This document shows positions 58,472-63,595 of a DNA stretch of 63,595 bases, one piece after another. How positions within the stretch are numbered: the stretch's first letter is position 1; each line of letters opens with the position of its first letter. Under the pieces are notes generated by a model, which worked only from the letters and a program-made list of their open reading frames with translations, was not told the DNA's origin and did no database searches. Location of the stretch: IMG/VR virus record IMGVR_UViG_3300028549_001550; one strand, written 5' to 3'. The stretch comes from a virus. Both the position numbers and the translations under genes were made by a program.

Positions 58472-61400
58472 TGCCATTATCCGACCGTACCATGAAGTAT
58501 TATGATGATATCATAACCAAAAATCCAGACAGAGACAGGAAAGCGATAACAAAAGGGATTGAAGCCTTTCACGGGGAAGGGAATACCACGGAATGGTTGC
58601 CAACAGTTGATGAACTTGAGCGCTCTGGCCGAAAAGCTATGGCTACAGGGTTGGATATGTCCACAGGTCAGGGGCAGGGGCCACAGGCTGAACCTAAAGG
58701 CAATGTGTTAGGTGCCATTAAAGATATTGGGGTAGGGTTGATCCGAACACCTATAGATACAGCCACATCTATAGCAAGTATCATTGATGACCCTTACACC
58801 GAAGATGGTTTCTTTGATCCAATGATTGACAGCAGACGAAAGGATCAAGAAAAATATATTAATGCTCCTGGAGCAGAAGAGATAGCTGTACCTGGAACAA
58901 GCGTTTCGCGCCGTGAAATCAGAGCAGGAATGTCGAGCTTTGGTTATTCCATGGCGGCAATGGGTGCCTCCTTTATTCCAAAAGTGGCAGGGATGGCTGT
59001 CGGGGCTGTTAGCGGATCCACTATCCCTCTTGCAGGAACATTGACAGGGGCAGCTATTGGCTTTACCGCCGGTGCCGCCGCTTCTGGTAAAGCCGCCTAC
59101 GATATGGATAAGAACGCATTTGTCCGGGAATACAGGGCTTTCTTGGATAAAGACGCTGGACGGCACATAAACGATTCAGAATTTGCAGAAATGTTACCTG
59201 GAAAGGTTGCCGATGTTCTACATGAGCATGGCCTTCATGAGGCAGGGTGGGAAGGTCTTGCCACTATGGTTGAACGTGGAGCCATGGATAAGATATTTAA
59301 GGGCGGCGGGTTGACAGCTAAGGCCGCTAAGGGGTTGGTTGGCCTTATAGGGTTTGAATTAGGATCAGAATCAGCAACACAGATTGGTCAAACAAATGCA
59401 GAAGTAAACCTTGGCATGAAGCCAGAGGATGAACGAAGGTCTTTTGCGAGCCCACAAGATTGGGCCACATCTGCAAGAGAAGTAGCGCCAGCAATCGCTT
59501 TAATGAGTGGAGGGATGGCTACAGGATCATATCTTGCAGGAAAAGCGTTCAACAAAAAAGAAGGAGCGGAAGATCCTCCTCCTGTGTCTGATGCCGAAAA
59601 GATACTGCTAACTCCCAATGAATTGGGCAAGACTCCAGAACAGGTTTTACTTGATGGCGCTATTAATGATGAAGATGATGTAAAAGCGGCATCAGAATTT
59701 TCAGAGGAAGAATTAGACGGTGTACTTGGGGAACAGACCGGGGAACCTTCCGGAACACCAGCCGGGGAACCTACAAAGGCAAGCACACCAGAAGATGAAT
59801 ATGCCGCTTATGAAGCGGAACTTGCAAAGTATCGTCAGGGTAGGGAAACACCAGGGGAAACAGGGGAAGCCCCAGGGGAACCTGCACCAAAGGGGCAAGG
59901 CCAAGATGAAGCAGAGTGGGAAACAGAGTTTGCGAAGTACAGAGAGACAGCAGAACCTGTTAAAGACGAAGAGGTAGTACCTGAGCCGATCGTAACAGCA
60001 AAGGAGCCAGTGGTTGAGCCTGATGTTGAGCCAGTCATTGAGCCAGTGGTAGAACCTGTTAAGGATCCTGAGCCTGAGCCGGTAATCAAGCCTGATGTTG
60101 AGCCGGTTAAAGACGAAACCCCCATCGAAGCCCCTGCTATTGTTGCCGAGGAAGAAACCCCTGAGCCTGTAATCGAACCTGAACCAATCATTCCAGAAAA
60201 CGAGGAAGCCCAGGGAGTCACCTCGGGGCAAGCGGTCACCTTCACCAATAAGGGTGGGGAAGAGATATCTGGAACCGTTACCAAGGTTGAAGGTGACAAG
60301 GCGTGGATTGAAGATGGGGAAGGGAAAAAATTCAGGTTGCCACAGACGAAATTAACCCCCATCGAAGCCACAGCAGAAGAGGCAGAAGAGGTAAAAACAC
60401 TAGGGGCCCTAAATCCCCTTGATGTAAAAGTTGAGGAGTCTAAAGCAAAGGAAGCCTTTACCCTTACAGGCACTCAACAAACTTTTATTGATAAAAACAT
60501 TGAAAAACTTGGATCCATTGAATCTGTAAACAAGGAATACCCAGGCAAGGATAATGTTTCTCAGTATGCACGAGCCAGGGCCTTAGAATTTTTTCCTGCC
60601 GAGGATTCTACCGCTTTACCTGAACCCGGCATCGAACCATCCATAGAGACACAAGATAAAGAGGTTGCAAAACAGGCGTGGGAAATAACACCAGATGAGA
60701 TATCAAAACTTTCCCCTGAAGCCGCCCGGAAAACCCTTTCAGAACTGAACGATCAAACTTCTGTAGATTACGGAAAAACTACACCGTCCTTTTTAGAAAA
60801 AGACAAGCTCGAAAAAATCAACGCAACAAAGACCTTGCTTAGAGAACAAGCGGGGCAAGCTCCATGGCAACGCACACAGGCTCAAATGCAACGATTAGAA
60901 GGTATGCCAGCAAAGAGGCACCAGAAATTTGTTGAACAGGCCATATCAGAAGGAAAACCCGTTCCTAAAGAAGTTCTTGAAGCCTACCCTGATCTTACAA
61001 GCAACACCCCCAAGACTGATAACGTAATGGAGGATGAACCGCCAAAGGCTCCAGAAGTAAAAGCATCACAATATAAGGATTGGCCCGAGAGTTATACCGC
61101 CCCCACAGAAACAAGTGGAGAGGTAAAAAAGACCATGACGGGGAGAAACGCAACCCCCTTTCCTTCCTTGGACACAAAGAGCAAGGGAAGGGCAAGGGTT
61201 TCTGTTAAGCATCATCATAGGTGGTTGCTTGTCAACGCTCTTGCTGAAGCCACAGCACGAGAGGACGAAACAAACCTCCTCACATTCAACGGGCATAACA
61301 GCGAGAAACTTTCACCTTCTGATGTGGACGCCATGTATTCATACCTGTTTAAATGGGAACCGCAAAAAAAACAGCCTGGACCTATTGTGATGCCAGCCGT

Positions 61401-63594
61401 TGCAGACAGCGAAATCAAGGCAGACGGAAATACCGTAGTTGTTCCCATACCCGAAGCTAAAGCCAATGCTTTAGAACCAAAAGAACAGAAATCGTATCTT
61501 TTAAAAGAAATTGATGCTGCCATAAAACAGGTTTCATCTCCAGAACCATCAGGGGACATGGTTACGATCAAGATCCCTGGGGATGGAGAATATAATATCA
61601 TTAATACCGAGGCGGCTTTGGGAAAGTTTAAAAAGAGGGTATCGTCTTTCTCTGCCGAGGATGTTGTGAATCACGAAGTGCCAGCGTCCAAGACAGGAGA
61701 CAAGCGGCAAAATAGGCGAGTCACAGATTTTTCCGGGGATTATGTCAGGGACTACGCTCCTAAAAACTCATCCCTGCCAAGAAGGAAACCAATAAAACAC
61801 GATGGGGTATTGATTGACGGATATTATGGTGAAGGGTTTTATTCTAATGGAACATTTATTGTCAAAATGGACAAAGCTCCAGGAGGCAGAAAAGACCTTG
61901 GAAAATTTGATACTTCTCATCTACGTAGGATGATAACCCCTGTTCCAGAGCTTCTTATTCCTGCAAAGATTGGTGCCGAGGTTTACGACAATAGTGGGCT
62001 TAAGACTTTTGACGCATACCATGGTGTTCATGTCTACTCTAAAGAAGCCCATGAAGGAGAGCAAAGGCATTATCTCTATAAACCGTCTGAAATAGATGCC
62101 ATAATGTCTAAATTTCCCAAAGCCACACCATCTATATATATGCTTAAAGAGAAGGAAGGACAGCTATTTTTCAAAGATAACAATGGGGATATTGTGGGTG
62201 TTGCGACTCCATTTAGAAAACTTCCTGGAGAATACGGGAATCACATAGGTAAAGCAAAAAGCATTCATGAACTTGCCCTGGGCAGGATGGAAAAGGGGAC
62301 AGATACAAGTGTAAAGACCAAGGAAGAAATCCTTCAAGGGGCAAAGGACCGGGCCAGCCTTTTAAAGGAAGCTAACCGCCTACTGACATACAGGGGCGCA
62401 GATATGAAATACGTCAAAAACCGTTTGACTCCAGCCATAGCGCAAGCACACATAGGGGACAATTCTCATCTCAGGAATGCGGTTGAAGATGTTAAAGGGG
62501 TTATTTCCCTACATAACCCTTCCTTTGCTGCAAACACTCAAGAAACAGAGGACCAGGCACCCAAGGCCATCCCGGCAAATTACAAATCATCTCCAGGTGA
62601 AAAGATCAGGATAGGGGATTATGTAAAAGCGGTAAAGGATATTGACTATTACGGGAAAGAACCATTACGGGTTCTGCATGAAACAACCTCTGGCATCAAA
62701 GTTGAAACTCTGGAGGGGAAGTCTAAGGGCGGTCATTATTCCCATAGTGACTTTGAAAAGGTCATGTCAGAGGACCAGGCACCAGAAGCCAAGCAGGAGC
62801 CTGTCATCCCGCCCAAGAAATTAGCGGAAGCACAAGCAGAAGCCAAAAAAGCCGGAGGTATAAGGCTTGTTTGGCAACACCCTCAACATGGGCATTGGAT
62901 TGTGTCAAGCCGTGGCCCTGGTGGGATGGATGTCGATATTTACAGCGTCACGCCTGATGGATCCGTTGATCTTTGGAGGGGCAAAGGGGACAGTGGTAAG
63001 CTGTCCGAATCGCCAACAGAAACCGTGGAAGCCAAAGACGAGGATCCCTTGTCTCCGGATAAACTTATTGCAGAAGGGGAAAGACAAGATGCCGAGAACC
63101 CAGGAAGCGCCACGCCAGAATCAATCGTTAACGCTCTTTTAGGGAAGTCTCCGGACAAGGTAACAGCCAAAGACGAGGATCCCTTCTCACCTGATAACCT
63201 GCTTGCAGAATGGGACAGACAAGCCGAGGCAATAAAGGCACTGGAGACTGAGACAGCCAAAGCGAACGAAACTACGGGAAAGCCAAATAGATCAACACCA
63301 CCTAAAGCCGTAGCCCCTGAGTCAGTTGTTAAATCTCTTTCAGACAAGGCAAAGCCTGTTAAGGAAACCAAAGCCGCCAAAGCCGCCGAGACAAAACAGC
63401 ACCTTTCAAATGCCATGGATAAGCTGAAACAAATCAATGCTATATTTGGTGAACGTGGTAGTTTCTCTACTGAAAAGATGGATAAAAACATCTATGCACA
63501 AATAAAACCATTATTACAAGGCGCATTGGAAGATATTATTGCAGCAGGTAAAACGGCAACAGAATTTGTGAAAATATCAATGGAAGCCTTGACT
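58471..63594 (+). CDS. Giant polyvalent (multi-domain) protein, N-terminal part. It is open to the window end and continues at 3-10358. The full ORF on the circle is 15,228 nt / 5,075 aa.
   Basis: ATG 58471 overlaps the stop of the upstream gene (TAATG), and an in-frame TAA lies at 58450. I translated every codon from 58471 to 63595 and found no stop. The ORF is absent from the supplied track only because it never terminates in the window. The frame is continuous with ORF 75..10358 through the 255-bp overlap. Confidence 0.9.
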   Translation, partial: MPLSDRTMKYYDDIITKNPDRDRKAITKGIEAFHGEGNTTEWLPTVDELERSGRKAMATGLDMSTGQGQGPQAEPKGNVLGAIKDIGVGLIRTPIDTATSIASIIDDPYTEDGFFDPMIDSRRKDQEKYINAPGAEEIAVPGTSVSRREIRAGMSSFGYSMAAMGASFIPKVAGMAVGAVSGSTIPLAGTLTGAAIGFTAGAAASGKAAYDMDKNAFVREYRAFLDKDAGRHINDSEFAEMLPGKVADVLHEHGLHEAGWEGLATMVERGAMDKIFKGGGLTAKAAKGLVGLIGFELGSESATQIGQTNAEVNLGMKPEDERRSFASPQDWATSAREVAPAIALMSGGMATGSYLAGKAFNKKEGAEDPPPVSDAEKILLTPNELGKTPEQVLLDGAINDEDDVKAASEFSEEELDGVLGEQTGEPSGTPAGEPTKASTPEDEYAAYEAELAKYRQGRETPGETGEAPGEPAPKGQGQDEAEWETEFAKYRETAEPVKDEEVVPEPIVTAKEPVVEPDVEPVIEPVVEPVKDPEPEPVIKPDVEPVKDETPIEAPAIVAEEETPEPVIEPEPIIPENEEAQGVTSGQAVTFTNKGGEEISGTVTKVEGDKAWIEDGEGKKFRLPQTKLTPIEATAEEAEEVKTLGALNPLDVKVEESKAKEAFTLTGTQQTFIDKNIEKLGSIESVNKEYPGKDNVSQYARARALEFFPAEDSTALPEPGIEPSIETQDKEVAKQAWEITPDEISKLSPEAARKTLSELNDQTSVDYGKTTPSFLEKDKLEKINATKTLLREQAGQAPWQRTQAQMQRLEGMPAKRHQKFVEQAISEGKPVPKEVLEAYPDLTSNTPKTDNVMEDEPPKAPEVKASQYKDWPESYTAPTETSGEVKKTMTGRNATPFPSLDTKSKGRARVSVKHHHRWLLVNALAEATAREDETNLLTFNGHNSEKLSPSDVDAMYSYLFKWEPQKKQPGPIVMPAVADSEIKADGNTVVVPIPEAKANALEPKEQKSYLLKEIDAAIKQVSSPEPSGDMVTIKIPGDGEYNIINTEAALGKFKKRVSSFSAEDVVNHEVPASKTGDKRQNRRVTDFSGDYVRDYAPKNSSLPRRKPIKHDGVLIDGYYGEGFYSNGTFIVKMDKAPGGRKDLGKFDTSHLRRMITPVPELLIPAKIGAEVYDNSGLKTFDAYHGVHVYSKEAHEGEQRHYLYKPSEIDAIMSKFPKATPSIYMLKEKEGQLFFKDNNGDIVGVATPFRKLPGEYGNHIGKAKSIHELALGRMEKGTDTSVKTKEEILQGAKDRASLLKEANRLLTYRGADMKYVKNRLTPAIAQAHIGDNSHLRNAVEDVKGVISLHNPSFAANTQETEDQAPKAIPANYKSSPGEKIRIGDYVKAVKDIDYYGKEPLRVLHETTSGIKVETLEGKSKGGHYSHSDFEKVMSEDQAPEAKQEPVIPPKKLAEAQAEAKKAGGIRLVWQHPQHGHWIVSSRGPGGMDVDIYSVTPDGSVDLWRGKGDSGKLSESPTETVEAKDEDPLSPDKLIAEGERQDAENPGSATPESIVNALLGKSPDKVTAKDEDPFSPDNLLAEWDRQAEAIKALETETAKANETTGKPNRSTPPKAVAPESVVKSLSDKAKPVKETKAAKAAETKQHLSNAMDKLKQINAIFGERGSFSTEKMDKNIYAQIKPLLQGALEDIIAAGKTATEFVKISMEALT
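58930..59100 (+). other. Gly/Ala-rich glycine-zipper-like hydrophobic segment in the giant protein (possible membrane-inserting region)
   Basis: Translation reads MSSFGYSMAAMGASFIPKVAGMAVGAVSGSTIPLAGTLTGAAIGFTAGAAASGKAAY, with repeated small-xxx-small spacing. Confidence 0.5.
59953..60198 (+). repeat. Acidic Pro-rich (E/D)P(V/I) low-complexity linker of the giant protein
   Basis: Translation reads EPVKDEEVVPEPIVTAKEPVVEPDVEPVIEPVVEPVKDPEPEPVIKPDVEPVKDETPIEAPAIVAEEETPEPVIEPEPIIPE. At DNA level there are reiterated gttgagcc/gagcctg units. Confidence 0.8.
63031..63228 (+). repeat. Internal duplication within the giant ORF (AKDEDP-x-SPD-x-L-x-AE-x-x-RQ motif twice)
   Basis: 63031-63096 and 63166-63228 share gccaaagacgaggatccctt and then diverge. 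The peptides are AKDEDPLSPDKLIAEGERQDAE and AKDEDPFSPDNLLAEWDRQAE. Confidence 0.8.
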
Positions 63595-63595
63595 C
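63341..63595. repeat. Terminal overlap, copy B (identical to 1-255)
   Basis: Same as copy A; exact 255-bp identity read by eye. Confidence 0.95.

Noticed and set aside
58471-63595. The giant protein as an N4-like virion RNA polymerase
   Set aside because: Despite the N4-like capsid and gp49-family genes, I could not find T7-like RNAP motifs (such as an Rx3Kx7YG-type motif B). The recognisable enzymatic motifs are MTase, SNF2 and HExxH instead. A search is needed to exclude a cryptic RNAP domain in the unassigned parts.

Overview
The window is a closed, circular (or circularly permuted) tailed-phage genome of 63,340 bp, because bases 1-255 are repeated exactly at 63341-63595. It may be a temperate phage-plasmid. 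The modules run in this order.

(1) A giant ORF starts at 58471, runs off the window end and continues in frame through 1-10358. On the circle it is 15,228 nt (5,075 aa, about 24% of the genome). It contains an N6-adenine methyltransferase, an SNF2-type helicase, an HExxH zincin motif, a Gly-zipper/TM segment and long unassigned regions. A strong terminator follows it.

(2) 10.4-11.7 kb carries a DUF551-like ORF and a small serine recombinase with an upstream inverted repeat.

(3) 11.8-16.3 kb (minus strand) carries a wHTH Rep-like protein, an HNH nuclease, MazG, a nucleoside 2-deoxyribosyltransferase-like protein, ThyX and DUF3310.

(4) 16.3-17.6 kb is a CI/Cro-type switch with palindromic operators, bracketed by a 37-bp direct repeat.

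(5) 17.7-27.8 kb (plus strand) is a replication/recombination module. It holds a PolB-exo-like exonuclease, a PD-(D/E)xK nuclease, a RecD2-like helicase split into two ORFs, an ERCC4-type nuclease, a D5/P4 SF3 helicase, an iteron array and a zinc-finger/Toprim primase.

(6) 27.9-30.4 kb (minus strand) is an operon of about 10 small unknown ORFs with repeated intercistronic hairpins.

(7) 30.6-58.5 kb (plus strand) carries lysis-like genes, TerS/TerL, portal, scaffold, an N4-gp56-like capsid protein, an inserted HNH-AP2 endonuclease, a collagen-like fibre, putative receptor-binding proteins, coiled-coil proteins and an ETLYPVPQ-repeat protein that is translationally coupled to the giant gene.

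No tRNA, rRNA, CRISPR array, DNA/RNA polymerase or integrase was recognised. All family assignments rest on motifs read by eye and no database search was possible.
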